A stretch of 64,000 nucleotides of DNA from Thermodesulfobacteriota bacterium. GTDB taxonomy: Bacteria > Desulfobacterota_D > UBA1144 > Nemesobacterales > UBA2774. The notes under the pieces were generated by a model. It was not told the DNA's origin, did no database searches, and worked only from the letters and a program-made list of their open reading frames with translations. Numbering within the stretch: position 1 is the stretch's first letter; each line of letters begins with the position of its first letter. Positions 13,601-20,853 of the stretch are shown here, piece after piece. Both the position numbers and the translations under genes were made by a program. The DNA is taken from positions 288,001 to 352,000 of the forward strand of contig OZ244991.1 in the NCBI GenBank assembly GCA_965223335.1, in the 5' to 3' direction.

Positions 13601-16600
13601 TCCTGTAGGCATCGATTGTGGCGCTGACTGCACCGAGGATTATGACGAGAATACAGCCGTAACCCTCACTCCTACCCCAGATGCAGGATCAACCTTCACA
13701 GGTTGGAGCGGCGATCCAGACTGTAGTGACGGTAGTGTAACTATGGACGCTGCCAAGACTTGTACAGCTACATTCGATCCTTCAACACCGACCCTACACA
13801 CTTTAAATGTTACAAAGACCGGCACAGGGACAGGAACTGTTACGAGTACCCCAACAGGTATAGACTGCGGTGCTGACTGTACAGAGGACTTTAATGAGGG
13901 TACGTCTGTGACCCTTATCCCGACCCCCGACACCGGGTCCTCGTTTGTGGGTTGGACCGGGGATCCCGATTGTTCAGACGGTGTTGTTACCGTAGACGCT
14001 GCCAAGACGTGTACTGCCACCTTTGAGACAGCAGCTACTCAACACACCTTAACCATAACTAAAGCCGGGGCTGGTACTGGCACAGTAATGAATGTAGGCG
14101 GTGGCATCAACTGTGGAACTACGTGTAATTTCAACTTTAATGATGGCACCTCTGTGATCCTTACCGCCACAGCAGACCCCGGATCTGCATTCGTTAGCTG
14201 GTCCGGAGACACAGACTGTGATGACGGCATAGTTAGCATGGACACAGCCAAGACATGCACCGCCACGTTTGAAGCCGAAGCGATTGTACCTATTTTACTA
14301 GAGGGATCGCCAGGTACAGCTGGTTCAATCAGCACATTCGTTATCACCGGGGCTACGCCCAATAGTCAAATTGAGCTCAGATATGGATCAGCTCAAGGCT
14401 CCACATCCGCAACGTGTACTTCAGGATCTACCACTTATGACATCGCTGGGGCAAATATTATTGGTAACGGTGTAGCTGATTCATTCGGTAATACCTCTAT
14501 TCAGGTATCTATCCCATCCAGCTTTGTTGGTGTGTCCTTATTCATGCAAGCATTGGATAAGACCGCTTGTGCTACCACAAACTTACTTACTCAAACCTTT
14601 AGTGTGCCGGGAGGAGTAGTATACGACCTCTTGATCACAAAGGATGGCACGGGAGATGGGACCGTAACAACTGATCCCCAGGGTCTAAACTGCGGTGTAC
14701 AGTGTGCAGAGGTATATGCAGAGAACGATTTGGTAACACTGATAGCCACTCCTGCAAACGGATCTGTATTCAGTGGATGGAGTGGAGACCCCGATTGTAC
14801 AGATGGTCTCGTTACAGCGGACTCTATCAAAACATGTAATGCTACATTCGATATAGCTAGTAGCACACAGCACACCCTTACCGTTACGAAAGCCGGTACG
14901 GGTACGGGAACTGTAACCAGCAACCCAGCAGGCATAAGCTGTGGCGCAGACTGTACAGAGGACTACAATGAGAATACAGCTGTAACCCTTACACCTTCAC
15001 CAGATTCAGGCTCAACCTTCATAGGCTGGACTGGAGATGCTGACTGTAGTGATGGTAGTGTAACAATGAACGCTGCTAAAACTTGCACGGCTACTTTTGA
15101 TACCTCATCATCCACCCAATACACACTCACAGTCACTAAAGCTGGCACAGGGACGGGTACAGTCACAAGTAGTCCCTCAGGCATAAGCTGCGGTGGTGAC
15201 TGCACCGAAAATTATAATGAGAATACTGTAGTAACCCTAACACCTACTCCAAATGAAGGTTCAACCTTTATAGGCTGGAGTGGTGACCCGGACTGTAGTG
15301 ACGGCAGTGTAACAATGGACGCTGCCAAGACCTGTACGGCTACTTTTGATACTTCCTCTTCCACACAGCATACCCTTACTGTATCTAAAGCCGGCACAGG
15401 GACTGGAACAGTCACAAGCAGCCCTGCTGGCATCAGCTGTGGCGCAGACTGTACAGAGAATTACAACGAGAATACGGTTGTAACCCTGACACCTTCATCT
15501 AATGCTGGCTCTACCTTCACAGGTTGGAGTGGGGATCCGGACTGTAGTGACGGTAGTGTGACTATGGATGCGGCTAAAACTTGCACGGCTACTTTTGATC
15601 AATCCACCGCACAACAGTATCTACTAACTATCAATAGAACTGGTCTAGGTATTGGTATGGTTACAAGTAATCCACCAGGCATCAACTGCGGTAATGATTG
15701 TATTGAATTTTACGACGAGAACACCCAGGTTGTAATAACTGCAACTCCGTTTAGTGGCTCCTCGTTTACGGGATGGAGTGGTGATGCAGATTGTTCGGAT
15801 GGTGTAGTAACAATGAGCAGTGCAAGAACATGTACTGCTGTCTTTGCATCTGGTGGGGGTACACAGCAATATACCCTATCGGTTACCAAATCCGGTACAG
15901 GGACGGGTACCGTAACCAGTAATCCTGCAGGCATAAACTGTGGAAGTGATTGCAGTGAGAATTATACCGACGGTACATCGGTAACACTCACCGCAACGGC
16001 TGACACTGGATCCACCTTCACAGGTTGGAGTGGCGATACCGATTGTAGCGATGGGGTCGTCACGGTGAATTCGGCTAAGACGTGCACAGCTACATTTGAT
16101 AGCGGTGGCGGGTCTCAATTCACAATGCAACCTTTGACTCCTGGAACAGCTAACGCAAACAATACCATTACTGTCACAGGTGCTACACCCAACGGTCAAG
16201 TCAACTTCCGTTATGGTTTTTCACCTGGAACTACATCTGTCAGTTGTACAAATGGCACGGTCAATGTAGGTATAGCAAATGCTACTCACCTAACAACTGT
16301 ATCAGCAGATTCTTCTGGTACAGCTTCTGTAACTGTATTCATCAGCACCCAATTCATCGGTCTCACACTATACTTGCAAGCAGTGGATTTATCGACATGT
16401 ACTATAACCAATCTACTTGCTCATCCTTTCACCTCCTCATCCAAGCTATATGAATTCGATATATTGGATATGAAGTCCGCCTATGCTGCCAATCTCAATT
16501 CCGACAGTTGCTCGGATGTGGGTGGGGTTAGTGGTTGTATGAATCTAAGTGTGGAGGGCATAGATGAAAGAACCCACACAATCAACAATACAGATAATTC

Positions 16601-18293
16601 ACGCTTATACCCATATATCATCAATAAGCCTCTGGGAGGTGACAAAGTGAAAACCAATACAAACATTGCCTCGGAAGGCAGATTGAAAACACAAACAAAC
16701 GAGTCACAAAACACTTCATGGTTGCACAGGACCAAATCCAAACTAAGTCCGCTCATGAAATCGATGCGGCTTATGCTGCTGTCTCTCGTGTTCGGAGCCA
16801 ATGCATATGCGCAAGGCACCCCTGTGCCCTTTATAGACCTCGAGTATAACTACGACGGTGTAGGGAATGTAACGGGTATCACCGACCACATTGATAACAA
16901 CAATAGTTGCACGATGGGATACGACCCACTCAACCGATTGACCTCAGCCGTGGGGCCATGGGGGGCTGGTGGATTCACATACGACTCTATTGGCAACAGA
17001 ACAAGTAAGAGTTTTGACGGTAATAGCACCAATTACTCATATGACAGCGCTACTAACCGACTACTTTCAGGTCATGGCTACGATGCAAATGGCAACATAA
17101 CCAGCGGAGGACCGTTCAACTATACCTATGACTCCTATAACAGGGTTAAATCTGCAACGAATATGGCAGATGATATTACCTATCTTTATGATGGTGATGG
17201 TAGGAGGATTAGCCAGACTGTAAATGGCGAGACCACGATCTTTGCTTACGGTGCAGATTCCAATGTTCTCACCGAGTTGAAACTCGATCCAACTGATTCA
17301 ATGTGGAAGCCCTCAAAGGACTATATCTATGCAGGCCGGCTAAACATTGCCGTTGTGGAGTTCGATACTGGCGGTACCTCAACCGGCAAGAAGTTTTACC
17401 ATGCGGACCACCTGGGATCGGCTATTGCACTCACTGACAATGTGACCACAGTAGTATGGGACAGGACCTACTTCCCATACGGCGGCAGATTTGCCGGAGA
17501 ACTTAGCGGACCGGTTCAAAACACACACCAATACACAGGCAAAGAATTTGATGAGGATTTTACCCAGCTGGCCTACTACGGAGCTAGGTACTACAACCCC
17601 AGTATTGGGCGCTTTATGAGTGTGGATCCTGCGGGGATAGACATCACCAATCCCCAGTCCTGGAACCGCTACGCCTACGTCCAAAACAACCCATTCTCTT
17701 ACGTAGACCCGGATGGGGAAATTTTAGAAACTGCTTGGGATGTATTTAATATTAGTCTGGGTGTTATCTCATTCAAGCAAAGTGTATCTAAGGGCAATTA
17801 TTTTGATGCTTTACTAGATGCGGGTGGAATCGCTATTGATTCTGCAGCGGCTGTAATTCCTGTAATCCCTGGTGGTGTCGGGACAATCATTAAGGCTAGT
17901 CGAGCAGGTAAAGTTGCTGCGCAATTGGCAAAAAATGCCAATAGAGTGAACAAAGTAATAAAAAATATCCCTAATAATGGTATATTAGATCCAAAGACTA
18001 TAAGGTTTACTCAAGATAGTGCAAAGCGATACTTTAAAGATGGTAGATCAGTGGAAAAACTGATAAACGATTTGAAATTGGGCAAAGTTACTGCAGCCGA
18101 TGTTCCACCAATTAAAATATTTCAAAGTGATGGATTGACATTTTCTCTAGACAATCGTCGTCTTCATGCATTTCAAGAAGCAGGTGTTCCAATTAGAGTC
18201 GTTGCCGCAACTGCTGAAGAAATTGCTAAAGCTATAAGAGACAGTAAATTTTCAACTATAAATGAAGGTGTATCTATTATAATAAGAAAATAA
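4629..18293 (+). CDS. Giant Sec-exported Rhs/YD-repeat polymorphic toxin with inserted adhesin-like repeats and ParB-like C-terminal domain
   Basis: Signal peptide (...PRYAFA), YD repeats, Rhs core GARYYNPSIGRFMSVDP...NPFSYVDPDG, and a C-terminal RFTQ...DNRRL domain. Confidence 0.92.
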   Translation: MNYQNTRSIITLLCLFFMVMMIPRYAFAIGENYDEWGFKKNKTYMQFSPEEYVNLFSGNLVLTHTDVVLPGNGGLDLKIQRTYNSKIFSELTNVGFTISGSVFGNLGVGWEMHFGRINTLGSILQIQHPILVEMPDGSIKTAFTNDQSNISSNIASSYVTEDFWFIDGFDHNSDQVIDEYVMKLPDGTTYTFDHRVSNSLTYNNYYVTSIDDTNGNTITFEYYDCCGFTTTPDTGTIGSCSPHGPNDTTSRHLKKITDSVGREIHFTMDNATCHENAIKTIDVFGDIYTYNYSTVLGVPGGDNHDGGSGKLLLGVDPPVGPSWDYDYLAQPLDGHPDGELIQITHPSGGTIDYTYETFDLELYDQSGSGNTGNFKFRALTSRTTSGPNITNPGTWTFDYHPTETTDKTTVTDACGNKEVYNFFGLRTGSFGGLWKIGLLDYKQTLDAADNPVETTTNVWNSYQISNEGQDNISSPSINGTYLPLLISQDISRDGKNYSTTFTYNEFYDSPTQIMETGEFTRTTDITYFENLSSNIFGKPASTTVNQSGESKVITNSYDPAGNLTMENQYGVITEYGYFPDGNLNWEKNARNFYTVFDLYDNGLATVLKYGATDNAGGSAIYTENRSINWEGTIASHTDGKGNTTSFTYDGINRLTQITPPPSGEAVTDIVYDDTNGRFDTVSKGNSSLHTTYDGFGRKIGTQTAAGVQTEIQYDVCGRKSYESLPYDTNTPNTGNSYTYDALDRLKSITRPDSTVVSYTYSSDADGSKITVNNENNQNTTMHYKAFGDPDDKRLVKVTDALTNATGYTYDLLGNIVQVGSPNGTSRSYSYNDKNFLVSETHPESGTTSYSHDEIGNVTSKMNAKSETTSYAYDPVNRLTNVNNPGAEPDVDYGYDFANNRTSMVGIHPNVEQTYNYTYTYDASNRLTNQDVTVGSDVSYSVDYAYDVKNNVTSIIYPSGETVNYDYDAQNRILNILDGTSNNISTNFNYIASGAPTHFESVYGVDSDFTYDTRQRLKTLQISRVFPYLLIIKEGLGDGTVIGTDSSSTQVINCGDVCAIQSPAEGVEITLTQTPDTGSNFVGWSGDPDCTDDIGDPMITMQGTKVCIATYGDTPVQVELTVTKDGTGTGTVTSTPAGIDCGADCSEFYNANTEVTLSANPAAGDVFAGWSGGAGDCDDGTVTMDVAKTCNATFNTAPPGGGQSTLMINANGGDGTGTVTSNPAGIDCGATCSNAFDNGTVVALIATPDTGSSFIGWTGDADCSDGRITIDANKSCTAEFDDTAPNQYTLNIGVTGSGSISSSPAGIDCGADCTESFVENTEVVLSAAADTGYTFTGWSGDPDCADGVVSMIADKTCDATFIASTGMTFSLSVLIDPAGTGLGDVVSSPAGIDCGPNCSADFDENQSVILTPLPSLGSTFTGWSGDPDCTDDGVGGVAIVSMNAVKSCTATFDVSTLVQHQVSVTKSGMGSGLIISNPSGIDCRDVCDANFDENSIVTLSAVPDLGSTFVGWSGDCAGTDEDVSLTISNAVNCNADFDALPIYTFSIVTSGTGTGTVKSEKLGIDCGTDCSEDYYQGTEVTLIPTPDPGSIFIGWKGDNDCFDGIVTITKPNACEAIFDLVEVGQYVLTINKIGGGDGIVTSDPVGLECGNYCQKNFDENTVITLTATADELSEFVEWGADCPGGVVTLDADKTCDVGFKGTTFAQFQTLVPSNVLDQTFGADISIDGDTAVIGALGHPSGEVIAKGIAFVFERDNSGIWNEVQILDPRLPGEELYSGGGYKRDFGSSISLRDDVLVVGSPREYNASTNSDGAAYIYRKNMLGVWEQAQKLTPTDALGFGTKVQVLGDNMVIGSSRDDGSRGAVYAYRKQPSGTWVFSKKLSPSELEPNEEFGSDLVMDGDYLFVANPNDTGSNYQGSVYVYKYVPGFGWVEKQVLTSTTENAQNSFGTSIELKDDVAYIGTYTNQSTTFMDIYRLNGDNVWTYIERYPIDGNYVYTPDFTISGDIAVSNRGIFEFNVYKILPNNELRPIQVIDPLPNIGKTPLGTDFQNDTLFVSSDYIANSVLVYTITDYLAPTINVVSIDPPPNQYGVFGPEDIAGHSNITVTFECIDNSGTGIDTCTNTQSVPTSDGVHQVVGTATDNDGNTSITVLTIVVDTQEPIIEYLNSEIDDSTNPPRIGIDSGDNDDISGSNDDTWNIDVDGNQSTGNCSREPSTNTSLCNGPPTDYGIGQALNLNLPTVEELTQFRNLHSTIQRVVRIEVEDFAGNRASREFLVDFPNPDAPNPQTLTVTTSGNGIVTSFPTGIDCGADCTEDYGEGTVVTLTATPDPGWTFTAWSGDADCTDGEVTMDMAKSCTATFDMSSGTQHTLTVTKSGTGTGTITSSPAGIDCGADCIEDYDENTVVTLTPTPDAGSTFTGWSGDPDCSDGSVTMDTAKTCTATFDLSTPTLHTLNVTKTGTGTGTVTSTPTGIDCGADCTEDFNEDTSVTLIPTPDTGSSFVGWTGDPDCSDGVVTVDAAKTCTATFDTAATQHTLTITKAGAGTGTVMNVGGGINCGTTCNFNFNDGTSVILTATADPGSAFVSWSGDADCDDGIVSMDTAKTCTATFEAEAIVPILLEGSPGTAGSVSTFVITGATPNSQIELRYGTSQGSSSAMCTSGSTTYDIAGASLIGNAVADSFGNASIDVSIPSNFVGVSLFMQALDKTACATTNLLTQTFDVPGAVVYPILVSKDGTGDGTVTTDPQGLNCGVQCAEVYAENDLVTLIATPANGSVFSGWSGAADDCFDGIVTMDMAKNCIATFDIASSTQHTLTVSKGGTGTGTVTSSPAGISCGTDCTEDYNENTVVTLTPSPDSGSTFVGWTGDADCSDGNVTMNAAKTCTATFDTSTPNQHTLTVSKAGTGTGTVTSSPTGISCGADCTEDYNENTAVTLTPTPDAGSTFTGWSGDADCSDGSVTMDAAKTCTATFDTSSSTQYTLTVSKAGTGTGTVTSSPVGIDCGADCTEDYDENTAVTLTPTPDAGSTFTGWSGDPDCSDGSVTMDAAKTCTATFDPSTPTLHTLNVTKTGTGTGTVTSTPTGIDCGADCTEDFNEGTSVTLIPTPDTGSSFVGWTGDPDCSDGVVTVDAAKTCTATFETAATQHTLTITKAGAGTGTVMNVGGGINCGTTCNFNFNDGTSVILTATADPGSAFVSWSGDTDCDDGIVSMDTAKTCTATFEAEAIVPILLEGSPGTAGSISTFVITGATPNSQIELRYGSAQGSTSATCTSGSTTYDIAGANIIGNGVADSFGNTSIQVSIPSSFVGVSLFMQALDKTACATTNLLTQTFSVPGGVVYDLLITKDGTGDGTVTTDPQGLNCGVQCAEVYAENDLVTLIATPANGSVFSGWSGDPDCTDGLVTADSIKTCNATFDIASSTQHTLTVTKAGTGTGTVTSNPAGISCGADCTEDYNENTAVTLTPSPDSGSTFIGWTGDADCSDGSVTMNAAKTCTATFDTSSSTQYTLTVTKAGTGTGTVTSSPSGISCGGDCTENYNENTVVTLTPTPNEGSTFIGWSGDPDCSDGSVTMDAAKTCTATFDTSSSTQHTLTVSKAGTGTGTVTSSPAGISCGADCTENYNENTVVTLTPSSNAGSTFTGWSGDPDCSDGSVTMDAAKTCTATFDQSTAQQYLLTINRTGLGIGMVTSNPPGINCGNDCIEFYDENTQVVITATPFSGSSFTGWSGDADCSDGVVTMSSARTCTAVFASGGGTQQYTLSVTKSGTGTGTVTSNPAGINCGSDCSENYTDGTSVTLTATADTGSTFTGWSGDTDCSDGVVTVNSAKTCTATFDSGGGSQFTMQPLTPGTANANNTITVTGATPNGQVNFRYGFSPGTTSVSCTNGTVNVGIANATHLTTVSADSSGTASVTVFISTQFIGLTLYLQAVDLSTCTITNLLAHPFTSSSKLYEFDILDMKSAYAANLNSDSCSDVGGVSGCMNLSVEGIDERTHTINNTDNSRLYPYIINKPLGGDKVKTNTNIASEGRLKTQTNESQNTSWLHRTKSKLSPLMKSMRLMLLSLVFGANAYAQGTPVPFIDLEYNYDGVGNVTGITDHIDNNNSCTMGYDPLNRLTSAVGPWGAGGFTYDSIGNRTSKSFDGNSTNYSYDSATNRLLSGHGYDANGNITSGGPFNYTYDSYNRVKSATNMADDITYLYDGDGRRISQTVNGETTIFAYGADSNVLTELKLDPTDSMWKPSKDYIYAGRLNIAVVEFDTGGTSTGKKFYHADHLGSAIALTDNVTTVVWDRTYFPYGGRFAGELSGPVQNTHQYTGKEFDEDFTQLAYYGARYYNPSIGRFMSVDPAGIDITNPQSWNRYAYVQNNPFSYVDPDGEILETAWDVFNISLGVISFKQSVSKGNYFDALLDAGGIAIDSAAAVIPVIPGGVGTIIKASRAGKVAAQLAKNANRVNKVIKNIPNNGILDPKTIRFTQDSAKRYFKDGRSVEKLINDLKLGKVTAADVPPIKIFQSDGLTFSLDNRRLHAFQEAGVPIRVVAATAEEIAKAIRDSKFSTINEGVSIIIRK
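7698..16110 (+). repeat. 24 copies of a ~80-aa four-Cys repeat (divergent InlB B-repeat-like) inside the Rhs ORF
   Basis: Unit LTV.K.GTGTGTVTS.P.GI.CG..C.E.Y.....VTL..TP..GS.F.GW.GD.DC.DG.VTM..AKTCTATF. Counted by eye: 8 before and 16 after an FG-GAP-like propeller (~9735-10830). Confidence 0.85.
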
Positions 18294-18306
18294 GAGGAGA
18301 AGAGCC

Positions 18307-18570
18307 ATGAATCCATTCAAACTTCATGACCAGTTAGACAAAATAACAACGAGACATGAACTAGCTGAATTCATACTGAGCTTAAGAGAAGATCTAATCA
18401 ACAACCCTTCAGAATGGGAAAATCCTAATTTAGAAAGATTTTTAGAATCAATGTCAGGATGGATTGTAGATATGCATGGATATTTTCAAAATATAGGCGA
18501 ACCATTTCCAGAAGAACTAACATGGGAGCTTTTTGGTAGAATACTCTTAGCTGCTCGGAGTTATGAATGA
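18307..18570 (+). CDS. Putative cognate immunity protein (DUF7660-like)
   Basis: 87-aa acidic ORF 13 bp after the toxin stop, with a GAGGAG RBS and WENPNLERFLE...W...LLAARSYE. Confidence 0.7.
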   Translation: MNPFKLHDQLDKITTRHELAEFILSLREDLINNPSEWENPNLERFLESMSGWIVDMHGYFQNIGEPFPEELTWELFGRILLAARSYE

Positions 18571-18799
18571 TATATCAATAGATTTACCTCTAGATTTGGT
18601 GTCAAGATATTAAGCATACGAAGATCCAGATTCAGGCTATAGTTGTTGAGTTCGGTGTCCATCTAAAATCAGAAACAACTACCTAAAAGATTAGGTCAAT
18701 TTATCATTTAACAAATACAATAAAACCATGAACGTTTAACCCATCTGATATTCCAGTAAACTATATTGATAGAGATTTTGAGGTGCTACCTTCTAAAGA

Positions 18800-19381
18800 A
18801 TGGCCTCAGGAGAAACAAAAGGAATTAGGACCAATACAAAGAGTTTGATAACATTGAGCCGAACAATTTCCCACGCTCTGCGTCATGAACCTTGGGTATA
18901 TGAACTTGAGTTGGACGAAGAGGGCTGGACAGATGCACAGATTCTATTGAATACCCTACAGGCAATGCGCCCTGAATGGAAAGATATAAATGTTGATGAT
19001 CTGATCACTCTGAACAATAGTGCAGGCAAAAAACGTTTTGAGATAGACAAAGGTAGAATTCGCGCTTTATATGGCCACTCTTTACCGGGCAAGATGCTTA
19101 AAACACCTTCTGAACCACCTGAATATTTATATCACGGCACCAATCCAGCAATTATACCAAAAATAAAAGAAAATGGTTTACAACCAATGAATAGACAATA
19201 TGTTCATCTTTCGACAGATAAGAAAACTGCAATTGAAGTAGGTAAAAGAAAGGCTAATAATCCTATACTAATAACAATCTCATCTTCTAAAGCACATAGA
19301 GAAGGCATTATCTTCTATATTGGGAATGATAAAGTATGGCTAGCAGATCAAATCCCACCAAAATATTTATCCTATGAATAG
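18800..19381 (+). CDS. kptA: RNA 2'-phosphotransferase (Tpt1/KptA)
   Basis: LRH, KKRF, IRALYGHS, LYHGT and GLQPMNRQYVHLS motifs. Confidence 0.93.
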   Translation: MASGETKGIRTNTKSLITLSRTISHALRHEPWVYELELDEEGWTDAQILLNTLQAMRPEWKDINVDDLITLNNSAGKKRFEIDKGRIRALYGHSLPGKMLKTPSEPPEYLYHGTNPAIIPKIKENGLQPMNRQYVHLSTDKKTAIEVGKRKANNPILITISSSKAHREGIIFYIGNDKVWLADQIPPKYLSYE

Positions 19382-19502
19382 AGTCAGCATCTAGTAATTG
19401 AGTTATGGATACCACTATCCCTCCAAAACCATAAAACAGAAACCCCGTCGACATATTAGTTCCACGACAACAGACTTCCGAGAATCCAATTGAAATCATC
19501 CC

Positions 19503-19539
19503 ATCCTAGGGTCAGAGGTTCGAATCCTCTCGGGGACGC
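19503..19539 (+). repeat. attR core (copy of tRNA-Arg 3' half)
   Basis: ATCCTAGGGTCAGAGGTTCGAATCCTCTCGGGGACGC, 36/37 identical to 2549-2585. Confidence 0.88.
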
Positions 19540-19566
19540 GAATTAATCATTCCAGAATAGTATTGC

Positions 19567-19719
19567 GGTCCGGTTCAAAACACCCACCAGTACACAGGTA
19601 AGGAGTTCGATGAGGATATTTCACAGCTCTCTTACTATGGAGCCAGGTACTACAATCCTAGTATTGGGCGCTTTATGAGTGTGGACCCTGCAGGGATAGA
19701 CATCACTAACCCGCAATCC
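19567..19719 (+). pseudogene. Rhs core remnant
   Basis: Encodes GPVQNTHQYTGKEFDEDISQLSYYGARYYNPSIGRFMSVDPAGIDITNPQS, 48/51 aa identical to 17508-17660. It has no start codon and stops shortly afterwards. Confidence 0.9.
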
Positions 19720-20285
19720 ACGCAGCTCCGTTGGTAAACGGATTCGACCCCGAGTTAGGGGGTTATTTGTCGCAAACCACCTATGCTTCATCCGTAGTGG
19801 TAAACCTATTGTACAGACGCAAAGACATTATAGGTCCCCTCGAGGGTGTGGGCTTTGTTGTCCCAAAATCAGAGGACATGCCGATTACCGCTTGCTCGTT
19901 CAGCAGTATTAAGTTTAAGGGACGTACACCTGCCGACACTTTGCTCCTACGATGTTTTGTGGGGGGATCTGTGATGAACAAGTTTCATGACAGTGATGAT
20001 TCTTGTTTAAGCAGTATCGTACACGACAAGTTATCGAGACTTATGGGTATTAGATCCCAGCCGCTTTTTACCATGGTTAAAAGAAACCGCGCATCCATGC
20101 CGCAATACACATTGGGTCATCTCGAGCGGACTGCGCAGATCAGTGCCAGGGCCGAGATGCACCGGGGTATGGAGCTTGCCGGCAATGCTTACGATGGGGT
20201 CGGGGTCCCGGACTGTATTCGCTCGGGCGAGCAAGCCGCAGAGAAGATATTTAAGTATATTCAAAACACATCGCAGAGAGCATAA
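19719..20285 (+). pseudogene. hemY: C-terminal fragment of protoporphyrinogen/coproporphyrinogen oxidase
   Basis: GVGFVVP, ACSFSSIKF..R, LLRCFVGG, MPQYTLGH and LAGNAYDGVGVPDCI are present. The N-terminal FAD-binding part is absent (in-frame stop at 19707). Confidence 0.8.
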
Positions 20286-20320
20286 TAAGTATTCATGCAA
20301 ATATTATAAGGAGGTGCGGA

Positions 20321-20557
20321 GTGAAGATCTCAAGCACAGCTGGGGAACTCGAGGTAATTATCAAAGACGAAGCTAAAATAGTAGACGATACGATACTTTT
20401 GCATGCGCAAATGGGAGTATGGAATGTTCAGATTTATCTCGGCCCCGGGGATTTTAGATTCTTCTTCTCGTTTTTATTTAGCCGCACAGTCTTAACATAT
20501 TTAATAAAGCTGCTTTATCGATTTATATTCAGGCATGGCAACAATAAACAGACATAG
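20321..20557 (+). CDS. Small hypothetical protein with hydrophobic C-terminus
   Basis: AAGGAGGT RBS before GTG; follows the hemY fragment. Confidence 0.6.
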   Translation: MKISSTAGELEVIIKDEAKIVDDTILLHAQMGVWNVQIYLGPGDFRFFFSFLFSRTVLTYLIKLLYRFIFRHGNNKQT

Positions 20558-20853
20558 AGCTTGTGCAAGCGATATCCCCGAGTACAGCACTTCGCCATAC
20601 AAATATTACAATAGCTATCAGATATTCCGAGCTGGACAATTCCTTGTGACACTCTGTTGTTAGGCATCTTGAGCTAACATTGAAAAAACAGCTTCTAAAT
20701 GATACGATTATTAACGAATTAGTGATTAACAGATAGTCTATGGAGTAGATGTAAGTTTTACACATTGCGGCTAGACGGGCCGGTGGGTGGTCGCAATGCG
20801 GAGACCAATTCCACAGACCGGTATCACAACACATAGCGAACGGAGGAATAGAA

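Larger units (their letters stand above)
2549..19539. mobile_element. ~17 kb integrative island in tRNA-Arg(CCT) carrying a giant Rhs toxin
   Basis: 37-bp direct repeat of the tRNA 3' half at both ends, with an integrase ending 24 bp from the tRNA. Confidence 0.85.

Noticed and set aside
7698..16110. CRISPR array or non-coding repeat array
   Set aside because: The repeats are ~250-bp in-frame coding units with synonymous variation; there is no repeat-spacer structure and no cas genes.
4874..17684. Many antisense ORFs within the Rhs gene
   Set aside because: Shadow ORFs that mirror the repeat periodicity of the sense strand.
2612..19381. Prophage or conjugative element
   Set aside because: No capsid, terminase, tail, relaxase or T4SS genes between the att sites.
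19503..19539. Second tRNA gene
   Set aside because: Only the 3' half is present, with no D-arm, anticodon or CCA; interpreted as attR.
17508..19719. Diversity-generating retroelement TR/VR pair (17508-17660 vs 19567-19719)
   Set aside because: Differences are mostly synonymous third-position changes of all base types, not adenine-specific, and there is no reverse transcriptase in the window.
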